NCBI RefSeq assembly: GCF_009914755.1
Contig: NC_060940.1
Direction: 5' to 3' (one strand)
DNA: 64,000 nucleotides
Origin: the human T2T-CHM13v2.0 reference genome, Homo sapiens
The notes under the pieces were generated by a model. That model ran no database searches. It saw nothing but the letters and a program-made list of their open reading frames with translations, and was not told where the DNA came from. This document shows, one piece after another, positions 14,862 through 29,180 of the stretch. Position numbers and translations under genes: made by a program. Every line of letters begins with the position of its first letter. The stretch's first letter is position 1.

Positions 14862-14905
14862 TGTGTGTGTGTGTGTTTGTGTGTGCACGTGCACGTATGT
14901 GTGTG
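14862..14905. repeat. (TG)n microsatellite, interrupted
   Basis: tgtgtgtgtgtgtgtttgtgtgtgcacgtgcacgtatgtgtgtg. Confidence 0.85.
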
Positions 14906-15346
14906 ACAGAGATCATATCTCCATCAAATTCATCTTTCCACTGGATTTAAAAAATCTAAATACTGTAGCAATGTTATTATCAGACAGAACATCCTTTCCC
15001 AATAATTGCTCTGCAAGAATTAAATGCTAGATCAGCAAACTTCTAGAGTATTCCGTCGATTTGCTATTATGCAAGATTATGCAATTTCTGTTAAGTGGTT
15101 CCCAGAGGCTTACAAAACGGGTTAACTTAGTCCTGAATGTGGATTAATTTATGTTTCCCAGCCTCATTTAGCCTTTTTAGTGTATAACATGATTAGTTCA
15201 CCTAATATTTTTATATGATTTAAATATCAAGAAAATTAACTTTCAGAAAATGCTAATGCATTTCATATGTTTTAGGAGCTACAGCAGTAGAGGTTTTGAT
15301 ATTGACATTTGCCATTTTTTGTTCTTTTACCTACAAATCTACTTTG

Positions 15347-15436
15347 ATATGTGTGTATGTATGTATACACACATATATACACAAATATATAAACACACGT
15401 ACATATATAGGTATATATACATGTACATATTTGTAT
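15347..15436. repeat. (TA/CA/TG)n alternating purine-pyrimidine tract
   Basis: Direct reading. Confidence 0.8.
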
Positions 15437-16273
15437 AATTGCTGATGACATGTAGGAAAGATTACTTCATGTTGCTAAGGAAGAGTTTCTCCTGTGAATA
15501 AAGGAAATTTGTTTAAGGAAATAAAAAACACTACAAATGTGGCAGGGGCGTTCAGTTGGAGTATCCTGTTAAGCAATATGGGTGCTTTATTTGGGCTGTG
15601 CTTTCTTGGTATATGGTTCTTTAAGAATATGAGAATATAGCAACATCAGCTAGTCCAGGAGCAATGCTATTAACCTGAATGGTCAGTGCAGTTGCAGACC
15701 TGGGAGCAGTTAATCAACTAATGGATATTTCTGTAGAGAGAAACTATCTAGTGAGGTCATATGAGTTGTACAACACAAGTGGTCAGCATCATGAGTCCTC
15801 CACTCCAGAACTAAAATCCCTTTCTCTGTGTTACCTTGCTGCCTATCTGCATCTACCTTTTCTCCTCCTGTGCCAATTCACTACCATCCACCATCGACTT
15901 ACTAAATATATTGTTTACAAAGTGACCTAATATAACTATGGAATAGAGGATGTTTATGAAGAAGACAAACAATTTTATTTTAAAATGTTTTACTCATATT
16001 CATGATTCATAGTGAAGCAAGACTGGTTTTTAAAACATTATAATACATTTTTCATTACTTATATTTTATAGTTTTATTTTAATATAAGAAACCATAATAA
16101 GTATAAATCATGACTCCGAATCTCACCACCTAGATAAACTCAGGAATCATCCTTTTTCTAGGTGGCATGACCTTAGACTTCCACCAACAAGGTAAAGGAT
16201 ATTATAAAACATTTTCAGAAGCCCTTTCTGAAATGGGAAAAATGGTGTTTCATTGTTGTTTCAATTTGTACAA

Positions 16274-16564
16274 TTTTTTTTGGTGGAGGGGTCAGAGTCT
16301 TCACTCTGTCACCCACGCTGGCGTACAGCGGCGTGATCATGACTCACTGCAGCCTCAACCTCCCAGGGTTCAAGCGATCCTTCCAGTTCAGCCTTCCAAG
16401 TAGCTGAGAGTGCAGGCACATGCTACCATGCGGGTTAATTTTTTGTAGAGACGGGGGTCTCACTTTGTTGCCCAGGCTGGTCTAGAACTCCTGGGCACAG
16501 GCCATCTTCCCACCTCGGCCTCCCAAATTGCTGGGATTACAGGCGTGAGTCACCGCGCCTGGCC
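16274..16564 (-). mobile_element. AluJ
   Basis: gatcatgactcactgcagcctc, ctcctgggc, tgttgcccagg. Confidence 0.9.
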
Positions 16565-16871
16565 TTAATTTCTATCAATTTAATTGATGTTCTCTATTCT
16601 TATTCATTGGCCATGGCTAAAAATGCTTATTGTGTCTAATTTGTGCTTTTAAATATGTTTGTGGGATACCTATATTTACATGCAACCCTCAGGATATGGA
16701 ATAATTGTTTATATGTGTAACAAACTTTAACAGCTTATTCTTAACAATAATAGGTAAAATCTGGGAAAACGAATTGTATCATTCCTATGTAGTATTCATG
16801 AAAACATTTTTAGATTTCCTTACCGACATGTAGAATGAAGCAGTAGTCTGTCAATCTGTTACAAACTAGAC

Positions 16872-17050
16872 CAGTGGTTCTCCAAGTGAGGTTCGCCAGA
16901 CCAGCAGGATGAGATCAGCTGGGAACTTAAAATTTGAATTCTGGGGTCCTACCCAACTACAAATCAGAATCTGGGGGTGAGACCCAGAAATCTGCGTTTT
17001 ATTAAGCCCTCCAGCCAATTCTCATGTACCGTGAAGTTTGACAACATTTG
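16872..17050. mobile_element. MER5A DNA transposon
   Basis: cagtggttctc..., aatcagaatctggggg, aagccctccag...attct. Confidence 0.85.
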
Positions 17051-17140
17051 GAGTAAACCAACAATGAGGAACCTCATGTAAAATGCTACTTAAGAGACTT
17101 TTTCTCACCCCCCACTGTAATGTCAATGTGCACATTTTCT

Positions 17141-17809
17141 TTTCTTTTCTTTTTTTTTGCATCCAAAATCATTTTAATAAGAGAGTAGGATCCAGGGTTA
17201 GTTTCTGTAGCCTCAGCTGGCCCGTCAGCCTCTGGCGCGCTCGAACTTCCGGCCCTTGGAGTGGACGTAGGGTTTGGTGTGGCTGTGCGGGGTTCCCGGG
17301 GCCTTGCCAAAATGCCCGTACACCTTTCGGCCCTTGAGAGGACCGGAGAGCAGGACGGTGCTGCAGCCCTTGCGGGAGTCCACGGCCAGCTGGTCGAAAA
17401 GTGAGGATCTTGCCCCCTGCCCTGAGGACGCGGCTGCGGGCCAGGTTGGTCACACTCAGCACACACACCTTCAGTTTGGGCACCTCCTGAACCCGCACGT
17501 CATCTGTTATGCTCCCCACAATCACGGCCGTTTTGTTTTCCCGGACAGGAAGCTTCACTCTTCTGGATCATCTGGGAAAGGGACAGAGGTGGCCGGTTGG
17601 TACGACTCATAAACAACCTCTTCAGCACAACCTGGTTGAATGTGGAGTCGGTTCGTCTGGCCAGAAAACTGCACAGCTTGACCAACAGCCTCAGGTAGAT
17701 ATCCTGGCTCTTGGGCTCCTTGCGCCGAACCTTTCGGTCCTTGTTGTGGCAGATGTCAGCTCCCATGATGGCGTCTCCTGCTCGGCCAGGTACGGAAAGA
17801 GAGAACGGC
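17141..17809 (-). pseudogene. RPL18P: Processed pseudogene of ribosomal protein L18 (probably RPL18P13; number from memory)
   Basis: ORFs 17500-17766 ([31 protein letters not shown]...) and 17169-17558 ([11 protein letters not shown]...) match RPL18. Intronless, with 5' TOP ctctctttcc, ATTAAA, poly(A) 17141-17158 and 17-bp TSD caatgtgcacattttct (17124-17140 / 17810-17826). Two +1 frameshifts and two TGA stops near the C-terminus. Confidence 0.96.
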
Positions 17810-18249
17810 CAATGTGCACATTTTCTATTAAGACTTCTTCCTCTCCTCTCTCCCTTTCTTTTCCCCTCTCTCTTGCAGAAATTCCCTCCATTTGTGTCTT
17901 TATTTTTTAATCTTTCCGAGATAATAGCTTCACTAATGCATTGCTACATGTGGAGAATCTATTAACTTTTAAGATAAAAAGTTCATTTGCTAAATTCTCC
18001 CCATATGTTCAAACTCATAAAGTACTTGTTCTGATTGATATGATACAAACAAAAAATCATATTACTCAATGTAGCATAATTTTAGGAATACTTTTGTGGT
18101 CCTGCATTAGCACCGATTTTTGAACATGCTTTATTAAATTCTAAAATCTTGCACACTACATGTCATTGTGGTAGTTACAGTATATATCAAGATTTTTAGG
18201 TTAAAATCTTAAAGTAAGGCATATTTGTTCCTAAACGCAGTAAGAGGAA

Positions 18250-18370
18250 TAAGAGCACTATTAATATTACTATTGTGATTAAAATTGTTTATGTTAATAT
18301 TTTCATAAGACTTATCTCATTCAATTCTCATAATAATTCTATGAGGTAGGGCCCACTGTTATTTTGCTTT
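18250..18370 (-). mobile_element. MIR fragment
   Basis: tatctcattcaattctcataataattctatgaggtagg. Confidence 0.6.
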
Positions 18371-18934
18371 GCTGAAATATTCGTAAGTCTGCTGAAATAT
18401 ATACTACAAAATAGGACTGAAAAGAAAAACACTCAAATTTAAAACTTATTAAATTGTTAACTATTTAATTAAGTTCTACTCATCACAACGGATTCCAAAT
18501 AGACATTAGATAAACCTAAAGGCTTCTAGTGAAGTAAAATATTATTAAACAATTTTCATATTTCAATTTTATAAAATACGCATGTAATCTAACATAGTAC
18601 TATATAACTTTTTTTAATAGGATTTTTATTTTAAAAGGTTTTAACATGATTTTTTTTGGTCTATTTCAGTAATTATTTGGAAAGGTAATTTATGTCCTAA
18701 AAAATTGTAACTATGGTGTTGTGAATTTGGGCATCTTCTAGGCTAGGGAGTTTTTGGACAACTCATAAAAGTTCTCTCTTTTTACTGCATCCAGTCCAAC
18801 TCATCATTTTTTAAATGTTGAGGGGATTATAAATTCATGGCTTCAAAGAATGGTATCATACTTAAAGTACAATAAATAAGAAAATGAGTCGCATTCTCCC
18901 CAAAATTAATTCACTGTGGTTCTATTAAAGGTGA

Positions 18935-19171
<237 letters not shown>

Positions 19172-19759
19172 TAGAAGTATAAGGAACTATATTGACTTTT
19201 GCTGTAGAGTCTCAACTATTCAAAAAGCAATGTTAAAAAAATTGAAATCACTCATTTTCTCCTTTGCAAAAAAGTAACTACATGGGATCTTTAGTATAAA
19301 TACACATTTAGTAAAAACAAATGAGAGATGATACTTCCCACCCAAACTGGACTTTTTGGAATTAAAAAATTGAGATGGTTTGAATACAAATAAACTAAGA
19401 CATCAAGGTTTCTATAAACTGTTACAGAATAGAGAGAAAACCTAAGACATATGATATCATCTTTTATGGGCAATTTCATCAATTTGTGTATGTAGTAGCA
19501 CTCTAATGACAAAAAAGGAGATAGAACAAAATGATTCCACAGAATAAATGGACATGATCCCGTGATTCTAGACTGATGAGACCTGACTTTCCTTGCAGAA
19601 TCAATATGCACAATTGTATTCATAAGGAATATATTCCATTACATTCAGAGAAGTATTATCTATAAAATGAAATTTTTAGAAATGTCATGTGAGATAAGTC
19701 ATGTGTGAAATTAAGGGGAAGTTCAACTTGTAAATTTTTGCCTACTCAAAATTTACCCC

Positions 19760-20110
19760 AATCGTGGCTCTGGGGCATTCCCCAGTGAGTTAACTGGTAA
19801 GAAGTAGAGGGCCGCCTACCAATATGGCTGCCAGAGGGCCACACCTCCCTCCTTGACTCTGGCAATCAGCATGTGGGCATGCATCTAATATTTGGCTGAC
19901 TGCTTACTCCACTCTCAGGCCTGGTGCTACTGAGCAAAGACAAGAGGACACCTAGGTCCACATTCTTGGCTCCTCAGAGCTGCCTTGAATTCTGTGCATT
20001 TTCTAAGCTAAGTCCTTGGAAATCCCTTGGAGTTGACATTATCTTTCTACTATATTTCCGTATTGCTTATGCTCACCAGCATCAGTTTCTTTTGCTTGTA
20101 ACCAAGACCT
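19760..20110 (+). mobile_element. Old ERVL-class LTR fragment (LTR41/LTR33-like, uncertain)
   Basis: GC-richer block ending agtttcttttgcttgtaaccaaga, typical of ancient ERVL/MaLR LTR 3' ends. Confidence 0.45.
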
Positions 20111-20304
20111 CTTATTTTGAAAAATATTTTGCACATATTTCTTAAGGGTTTACTATAGTTTTAGTAATGTGCAGATGTTGCCATTTTATTTACTAAGGAA
20201 AATCATGGCTTATGCCTCCAAAAATTTACAGTCTCCAGACGGAGGTGAATCAGTATGGAAAGTGCTACATATATCATAATAAAATAATGAGTGTTAATAT
20301 GCAT

Positions 20305-20600
20305 TTTTTTTATTTTGAGACAGAGTCTCGCCGCTCTGTCGCCCAGGCTGGAGTGCAGTGGCGCCATCTCAGCTCGCTGCAAGCTCCGCTTCCTGGGTTC
20401 ACGGCATTATCCTGCCTTAGCCTCCCGAGTAGCTGGGACTACATGCACCTGCCACCACACCCGGCTAATTTTTTTTATTTTTAGTAGAGACGGGGTTTCA
20501 CCCTGTTAGCCAGGATGGTCTCGATCTCCTGACCTCGTGATCTGCCCGCCTGGGCCTCCCAAAGTGCTAGGATTACAGGCGTGAGCCACCGTGCCCGGCC
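20305..20600 (-). mobile_element. AluY
   Basis: gcaagctccgc, gttagccaggatggtctcgatc; TSD aatatgcat (20296-20304 / 20601-20609). Confidence 0.94.
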
Positions 20601-22079
20601 AATATGCATATTAAGAAACCAAAAGATAATACAGAATTTCAGGGCATCTCAACAAAGTACCAAACAGTTTTTCACATATGGTGGCCTTGCTCTTACTGGG
20701 AAAGCTTGCAAAACAATGGTGTGTGTGCATTTGTGTGTAAATTTTTTTTTAAATAATCATATATATAACTTTCTTGAAGCTACCCAATCCAGAATTTTTT
20801 TTAAAAAAAACATGAACTGCTGTCTCCAGGTAACAAATATAATTTGAAAAGAAGCTTTAAGATTAGGATTCAGTGACTAATTTCTGCAATAAAAATGAAA
20901 TCCATCCATTTTTTCTCCTGCATTTTAATATCTGATAAAAATTTTTCATTTTAAATACTAACTATTCAAGTCTTTTCAAGCTTCTAAAAGACTGGAAAGT
21001 TAATTTTCCAAATGTGCTGATGAGCAATTGCAAAGATTAGTTTACATAATCTATGTTCCTGCTGGCAGAAGCATTACTTTCTATTTAATACAATGAAACT
21101 GGTATTTTTAAGGCATTTTTTCCTTTATAAAATCTGAACTTAACACATACCCTGTGTGAATATAAAATAAAAACAATTGTTTGTTTCTGCAAATTTCATC
21201 TGAAGTAGAAGTTTTAACTGCCAACTCTGAATCCAGGTTCAATAGTGAAACATGGATACATGCTCACAAATATTAAGATTTCTGGCATTTAAAACTTCCA
21301 AAGAAACAATAATTTCATAGTCTTTTAGGGAGCTGAGTAGAAGGAGTAATATAGGAACTTTTTGGATTTGGTAATGTTTAATCTATAACTAAATGTGGAA
21401 CTATATCATGTCTTCTCCAAAATAACATATTATATCTTATTTCTTAATAGGAATAAGAAAACATTTTTGATTTTGAAAATGATATCTAGGAATAGATAAA
21501 GTGGATACAGAAGTGTTCAGGTATTTTAAAACTACTATTTTTTCACAATGTAAAAAGTTGCAGAATTGGAGGTTGATAAAACTCAAATGCAAAACTATTG
21601 GCCACTGCAAATCACCTAGAATTACTACCTGGGTAAAACTTGTTTGCATTCCCCATCAGTGTAGAGACTAAGTCACTGTGAAGAAATGAATGGATATTTT
21701 GAATAGGAGATGGGCGACTTAGAAAAAAAAATCTCCCCATTGATTAGGGCAGCCTTGCTGTGGAAAGAAGTGGCACTGTGGTGAACCTTAGAACATCCTG
21801 AAATATTACGTACCTGGGCAGCAAAGGAAGTTTTGTGAGGTCCAAAATACACAATCTCTCAGTATTTGGTATAGACAATGGATGACCATGAATTGTCTAA
21901 TAACAGCTTATCCATATCCTTCATATGGGCAATACCAGAGATTCTCTACTTTTATCCCTAACCTTGCCACAATTGAGTCATTTTCAGAATCCAGTCTGAA
22001 TTTCCAGTTAAAAATGTTGCATTGATCAACCTGATTTTTATCTCTTTTCAAAACCCCACTGCCATAATAGAAATGGAAT

Positions 22080-22590
22080 TTTATCATTATAAAGGCACAT
22101 GAGCATGTATGTTCCCTGCAACACTATTCACAGTAGCAAAAGCATGGAGTCAACCTAAATGCCCATCGGTGATAGACTGGATAAAGAAAATGTGGTACAT
22201 ATACACCATGGAATACTATGCAGCCATAAAACAAGAATGAGATACGTCCTTTGTGTGGATATGGATGGAGCTGGAGGCCATTATCCTTAGCAAACTAACA
22301 TAGGAAAAGAAAACCAAATACTGCATGTTCTCACTTACTAGTGGGAGCTAAATGATGAGAACTCATGGACACATACAGAGAACAACACACACTGGGGCCT
22401 TTGGGAGGGTGGAGGGTGGGAGGAGGGAGAGGATCAGGAAAAATAACTATTGGGTACTAGGCTTAATACCTGGGTGATGAAATAATCTGTACAACAAACC
22501 CCCATGACAAAGTTTACCTAGGTAACAAACTTTCACATGTACCCCTGAACTTAAAATAAGTTAAATTAAAAAAGAAAAATAGTGAAAAAA
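22080..22590 (+). mobile_element. 5'-truncated L1PA13-16-like 3' end
   Basis: gagaggatcaggaaaaataacta..gggtactaggctt, aaataatctgtacaacaaacccccatgac. Confidence 0.88.
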
Positions 22591-22594
22591 AATA

Positions 22595-22720
22595 GTGGAA
22601 ACTGGTGTTGGGGAGTGGTATTGGGGATAGAGAATGTATGGGAACTCGGTACTTCCTGTTCAATTTTTGTGTAAACTGAAAACCTCTCTAAGAAATAAAG
22701 TCTACTAATTTAAAATAAAA
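22595..22720 (+). mobile_element. L1MC/MD-type 3' end fragment
   Basis: tatgggaactc..tacttcctgttcaattttt..gtaaac....aaataaagtcta. Confidence 0.65.
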
Positions 22721-22861
22721 ACACAACCAAATCAAACCATCAACTAACATGGAAAAAGAAAAGAGTTCTGAGAGTCCACCACTGAATAAAGATATTGACA
22801 GCTTTACTGGGAATCAGAAGGTGACTGAGGAATGGTGACTAATTTAAAAACAGAGTAACTA

Positions 22862-23227
<366 letters not shown>

Positions 23228-23529
23228 TTATGTGGGTAAGTAGTCAAATCATTAGTCTCAGAGGAACCCTGAAAATATCAGTGCTTAGGGATTTCCAGTA
23301 CTCCTGGAGGTAGGGGTCAAACACTGAGCTGAAAAGAGAAAAACTGGCTGAAATTCTGTTGACAGACCACTGACACCAAAGGAAATTCTCCTCCATTACA
23401 CACGTACAGGTATGCAGGGGATGGGAGGTTTAGTCTGTGGAGCTAGCTAAAGGCACTTCCTGACTCCACTCTTAGTTCCATCTACCTTGTTTTCTAGGAT
23501 GTCCTATCTTTGTGAAGGAGGATTTTCAG

Positions 23530-23918
23530 TGGTTGATGTGATTTAAATGGAAAAAAAAAAGTGCTAAATGGAAATCAATGTGGAATAGGAAATGAGGGTG
23601 TTGGTGTCTAATCTGATTTTAAAATGTGAGAAGTTGTGCAGTGCCCAGAAGGCACACATTTCCCTTTAGTAAGTAATTGTAGTCATTTAAAGGTGAACTT
23701 GGTTGTTTTGTTTGTTTTTGTTTTTGTTTTTACAATTATGTTTGGTATTTACTCAAATGGCTACTAAGTTGTTGGGGATATAAACACATACTACATTCTT
23801 TGGTACCAACTTACTTATAAAAAGGGATTGTTTGATATTTCTTTTGCCTTGGGCACAATGAAAATAATCACACGGATACCAATGGCGCTGTGAACTGAGA
23901 AAGTTTGAGACTCTCTGG
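23530..23918 (+). mobile_element. Charlie1-like hAT transposon 3' part
   Basis: gagaagttgtgcagtgcccag...cattt....tagtaag; end ggcgctgtgaactgagaaagtttgaga..ctctg. Confidence 0.7.
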
Positions 23919-23949
23919 TCTAAGCCAATTAAGGCGATGCCATTCTTTT

Positions 23950-24350
23950 GTGTAATATCCTCACTGCCATGGCCTGCCCTGGAGTTGGGAGCCACTGCAG
24001 GATTCAGTGTTGGTCAATGAGATGCAGGAGAAATTGTATTGGATAACTTCTTAGAAAGTTATTTTTCTTCCTAATAAGAACAGTCCAGAGGAGATGAAAG
24101 GATTTTGCCACCCTGGCCAGCCCCTGCTTCATGCTTTTGAAGGTGGTCCTGTTGCCTGGAGCTGAGTTAGCCATCAGGCGATGCTGTTTGACAACTGTAA
24201 GAATAAAAGGCAAAATACTGAGGACAGCAGGGAAGAATAGTAACCATCTACCTCCAGAATCCTTGTGAGATAAAAATAGAGCCTCTGCTTGTTTAAATCA
24301 CTGTTGTTGGCTTTATTACTATGTGTCTGTGAAATTTCTAATTAATGTAA
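23950..24350 (+). mobile_element. MLT1J/K-like old MaLR LTR
   Basis: ggtcaatgagatg, gcctggagctg...gccatc, ctacctccaga, ttgtttaa. Confidence 0.6.
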
Positions 24351-24584
24351 AGAAAATGTAAACACTGACGATTCTTGACTTAATCAGAACTATGAAATAG
24401 CAACTTTATATGGGTAGTCTGAGAGATACTGGGGGATGGTGTGGGCACACAAAGTTAGTCTGTCAGAGTCAAAAGCAAATAAAATGTACAAAAGTGATAC
24501 ATCATTTAAAAAAATATAGAGGTAAATGCCAGGGGAAAGATTGAGAGTGACAGCTGAGAGAATCAAAACAGGAGAGGTAGGGGT

Positions 24585-24810
24585 GATAATAAGAATAGCT
24601 AACATTTATTTTGCACTTACCATATTCCAGGCATTGTGCACATTATTTTATACATATTTGTTAATTCGATTTTCACAACAACCCTAAGAGGTGGGGTTAT
24701 CTCCAGCCTACAGATGAAGAAAGTAGTTATTTCTACTTTAGAGATGAAGAAAATGGAACAAAAATATATCAAATGACTTGATCTCAGTTATCCAATTAAT
24801 AAATAGAGGG
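24585..24810 (-). mobile_element. MIR
   Basis: aatagctaacatttatt..gcacttac, cacaacaacccta.gag, acagatgaagaaa. Confidence 0.75.
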
Positions 24811-27279
24811 ATGGGAGATGTGGGAGAGTGCTATTGTGCATTGTAAACTTTTCAATGAAATTTCACTTTTAAAATAAGTACGTTTATTAATGTAATGAAT
24901 ATTAAAATTATGTAAAATGTTCCAGCTACTAAAGATTTATTAACTTTTATTTTTTGAAGAAATTAAGTGTTCTTGAATTAATATCCCTGAATTGTTATGT
25001 TGCAATATTATGTTCTTGAAATTTAACAGTGAGAACGTTGAATCTGAAGAGATTCAATAATGCTTTAAGTTGACTTGTGATACCAGGTAACATTTCTGGA
25101 AGTGGACTTTGTGTTGGCCAGAACTCCTTTTTGTAAACGTTATCCAGAAATGTCAGACACCTTGAAAGAGAAACATAGGTGGGGGTTTTGGCAAATCTTG
25201 CGTTTACACACGACTTAGGTAATTGTTTCTATTGAATTGTGCACCACTTATCCAAATAGACTGAATTAATTTTAAATTAAAGTCTGATCAGATAAAACTG
25301 GGAACAATGTAAAATAAATTAACTTCATTTTAACTTTTACCCCAGAGAAACTAATGTTATTTCCTAAAAGATCATTTTTTCATAATTTTCTTCAAAAGTA
25401 ATCAAAAACATTATACACTCATAAACTTTTATTCATCTCACAGAACCTTGGATTTGAATGAGGCCTTAAGGATTGTGTAGTGTAAGTTAGATGAGGTCTA
25501 CAAATATCTCTACAAACTTCCCCCAAATAAATAAAAAATACCTGTTATATTTAATAATAAAGAAATCAAACCTCTGAGGTCATTTGCAGGCTATCCAATT
25601 ATGTGTTAGAGACTCTTACTTACATTGGAATTACCTGTGAGAATAAAGAATCTTGATTAATAGAGTTTGAAATGACAAATATTTATTGAACTAATATATA
25701 ATTATATGAAAAGCAACATGGCTTTGCTCTTTCACATTAGAGTTTATCATAATCAAAGTGGCTTCTTCGTACAGTTAGTTACACACAAAAAACTTCTCTC
25801 TTGGGGAGATGGGAAAAGGGCACCAAATACTCTATTTTTGTTTCTGTTATTAGGAGAATAAAATAGGTAATTTAATTCTGCTGTTATGGGAATCTAAATC
25901 TCCATAATTTGTTTTGTCTGTGGTGACAAACTTCACCTTCAACCATCTGAAAATTTTGATGAGTAAGCATCCTCTATAACTATCAGTATCTTCCAACTCA
26001 GGAGCACTTTTTACCCCTACTTCCTGTGTAATGTACTGCATAATTCATGGTAGGTTTTTAAAAAATATAAAATATTTTTTAAAATGATGAAGCTATCATG
26101 TCATGACTTTCATTCTTGATTATGTTCTTTGCTTTCCCTGAATATATGCAATGTGATTATTTACTTTACATTTTGCCAATCCAAGAGAAGGCAAAACAAG
26201 GGAGAGGAGACGAATTTTAAAAGTTATACATAGTACAAAAACCATATATTAGACTTCTCAAAAGAGATATTTTTGCACAGGAAAGAGTCGTCCATTTTAC
26301 ATGAACATGGATTTTTAAAAATCATTATGTCTGATGGTTGGAATGAAAATTTAAGAGTAGAAGGAAAGACAACATTCACTATAAAAGAGATTTTTTAGAT
26401 TCACATTTATTTAACAGTAGAATTATTCTTGTCAAATGTATTCCAATGGCATTTTACTACTGTAAATAATATATATAACTCTTGTTATATGTATTGTATA
26501 TGACTCTTGTTAAGTGACTCGGTACATACAAATATATGTGCATATGGGGCTTTATTGAACAAGAATTATGTTTATTTTCTTCCAGAAATAGCTCTTATTT
26601 GAGGACAGAGATTAAAATGGATAATGCTAAAAATGAGTCAACATGTAAAAAATACATTTCGTTAGAATTTTCACTGGTTCACCTTTAAGTTACCTCGTTC
26701 GACTATTTATAACTTTATAAAAGATGAAGTAAGCAAAAATCTTCAGCTACTCTGGTGTGGAGATTTACTTTTCATGCATATGGATCAACAGTTTCGAAAA
26801 AAGGAGTCATTCCAAGCTTATTGAAGCAAAACTTTCCTAATTAGAGGTCATTTATGTACTTTATTATACGTGTTCTTCCACAGTTTAGAGACTATTAAAT
26901 GTAGTCTTCCGGCATATCTATTGAGAAAACTTCCTAAATGTTTGGCTTACAAACACAGTGGATCTTAATCAGTATTTCAGGACATGGGATTTTAATAGTG
27001 TGAACATTTAAAATCTCAAAATCTCTCTAATATTAGGGTCTGAAATACCTCCTTCACAAACTAATATTAAATATTTGAATATATTACATTTATGTGAACA
27101 TATGAAATATTGAAAAATAAGCATGCTCATCCAAGGTGACATCATCATGAATTGCTATTCTAACCCCCAGGGTCAAGGTGAATGACGGGTTAATGCTTCA
27201 AGTCTGTGTCTAAAACCATGCATACATTATCCCTCAAGTTTAGTTCAGGACTCAAAGCATCTTAAATTTACCACGCATG

Positions 27280-27407
27280 AGAGAATGAGAGGTAGGAAGA
27301 AAAAGGAGGGATGAAAGGAGAAAATAAGAAAGGAAGAAAGAAAAGAAAAACAGAAGGAAGTGGGAGGGAGGGAAAGAAGAAAAGAAGGCAGAAAGGCAGG
27401 AAAAAGA
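27280..27407 (+). repeat. GA-rich low-complexity tract
   Basis: Direct reading. Confidence 0.8.
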
Positions 27408-27484
27408 ATCATATGAGCCCAACATGTATCAAAAATTTAGTTTTTACTATGTATAATAGAGGTATAGTCAAAAATATAAAATAA

Positions 27485-27805
<321 letters not shown>

Positions 27806-28289
27806 CATTGTCTTTTTTTTTTTTTTTTTTTTAAGTGAAGTAAACCTAAAGAATCTTAGTATGTTTTATTTTTATATATAACCTGTTTAACAATGTTTAA
27901 GCCATTCCATTGTGACTGTGGCTTGAATAGCTCATGTTGAATAGCTCATCTGTTTTCCCTGGCTTTAAAATAATGCTATGCAGTTATCTACTTGGCATTT
28001 TACTAACCCAATAGAGTACAGTTATTATGCAACCAAATATACAAAAATATAACAAAAAAATGAAGTACTGGTAAGCTAAAATAGCAGTAGAGTTCATTCC
28101 CTATCACCTTCTTTCTCTCTGTATCCCTTTTTTTATTTACTGTCTTCCTAACATAGTAAGGCAATAGGAAGTAATGGTACATGTGTGTAAAATGGTGTGT
28201 GTTGTCAGTAGTTTTTCCTAATTTTATTTCTATAGTAACTATGTGTGATAGGAATTTTATAGATAGAGAAACAATGGTTCATATAAGGT

Positions 28290-29180
28290 CCTTAAGCAAT
28301 GAGAGTAGATAGATGATCAGTATGCAAAAGTGAATCGTTTTTCTATGTGCCATCACAAACAATTAGAAGACAGAAAGATGTATATGTGTATATGCATCTT
28401 TTAAATATATCATTTACAATTAAAATCATAATGGACCTAAAAGTAGATCTTGCAAAAATGTTCAAGCCCTGTACATGAAAATTTTAAAAACTTTGCTGAG
28501 ACATATTAAACACAATTTTAGTAAATGGAGACACTTATTTTCTGAGGATGTCTGTTCTCCCTAAATTGATTTATAGACTCAAGACTTCTCCAGTACAAAT
28601 CTGCCAGGAGTTTTCCCTAAAACTTTACAAACTGATTCTAAAGTTTTTGTGGAAGTTTAATGGTCCTAAAAGGTAAGGCATATCTGAGCAAGAGGATGGA
28701 TAATGATGGGAAACTTGTCTTATTTAGAGACCAAGATTTTAAAAATGATTATAATGAATAACATGTGCTGTGAGTACAGGGGTTTTTAAATTGACCAACA
28801 GAATAACAAAGTCCAAAGGTGGTGATATAAAATTTTGAATAGAAATATCAACTGGCATTTTTCCTAAGAGATAGCATGTATATTTAATAAGTAAACATTT
28901 GACGAAAAAGTCATTAGTCATCAGAAACATGTAGAATGACCTACTATGTTGTATTCATTCAATTAGTAGAAAGTAAAACTAGGGAAAATATACAGTGTTT
29001 GAGAGGTTATGGATCAATGAAATTTATTATTGATTACTGGCAACAATTTATATTGGCATAGCCATGTTGAAAGCTAGTTTTACGTTAGCTTATAAATTTG
29101 AACATTTACACACCCAGCGATTCCATCTTTAGTTATATATCTATTAAAAATGTTATACCTTGCACCAGGAGACATATTTT
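28290..29180 (+). mobile_element. Highly diverged L1M (L1ME/MC) ORF2 relic; continues at ~31150-31277 and ~37870-37980
   Basis: ttctccctaaattgatttataga, acaaactgattctaaagttt and similar ORF2 motifs. Confidence 0.6.

Noticed and set aside
17083-17965. Multiple overlapping ORFs on both strands
   Set aside because: Alternative frames of the GC-rich RPL18 pseudogene.
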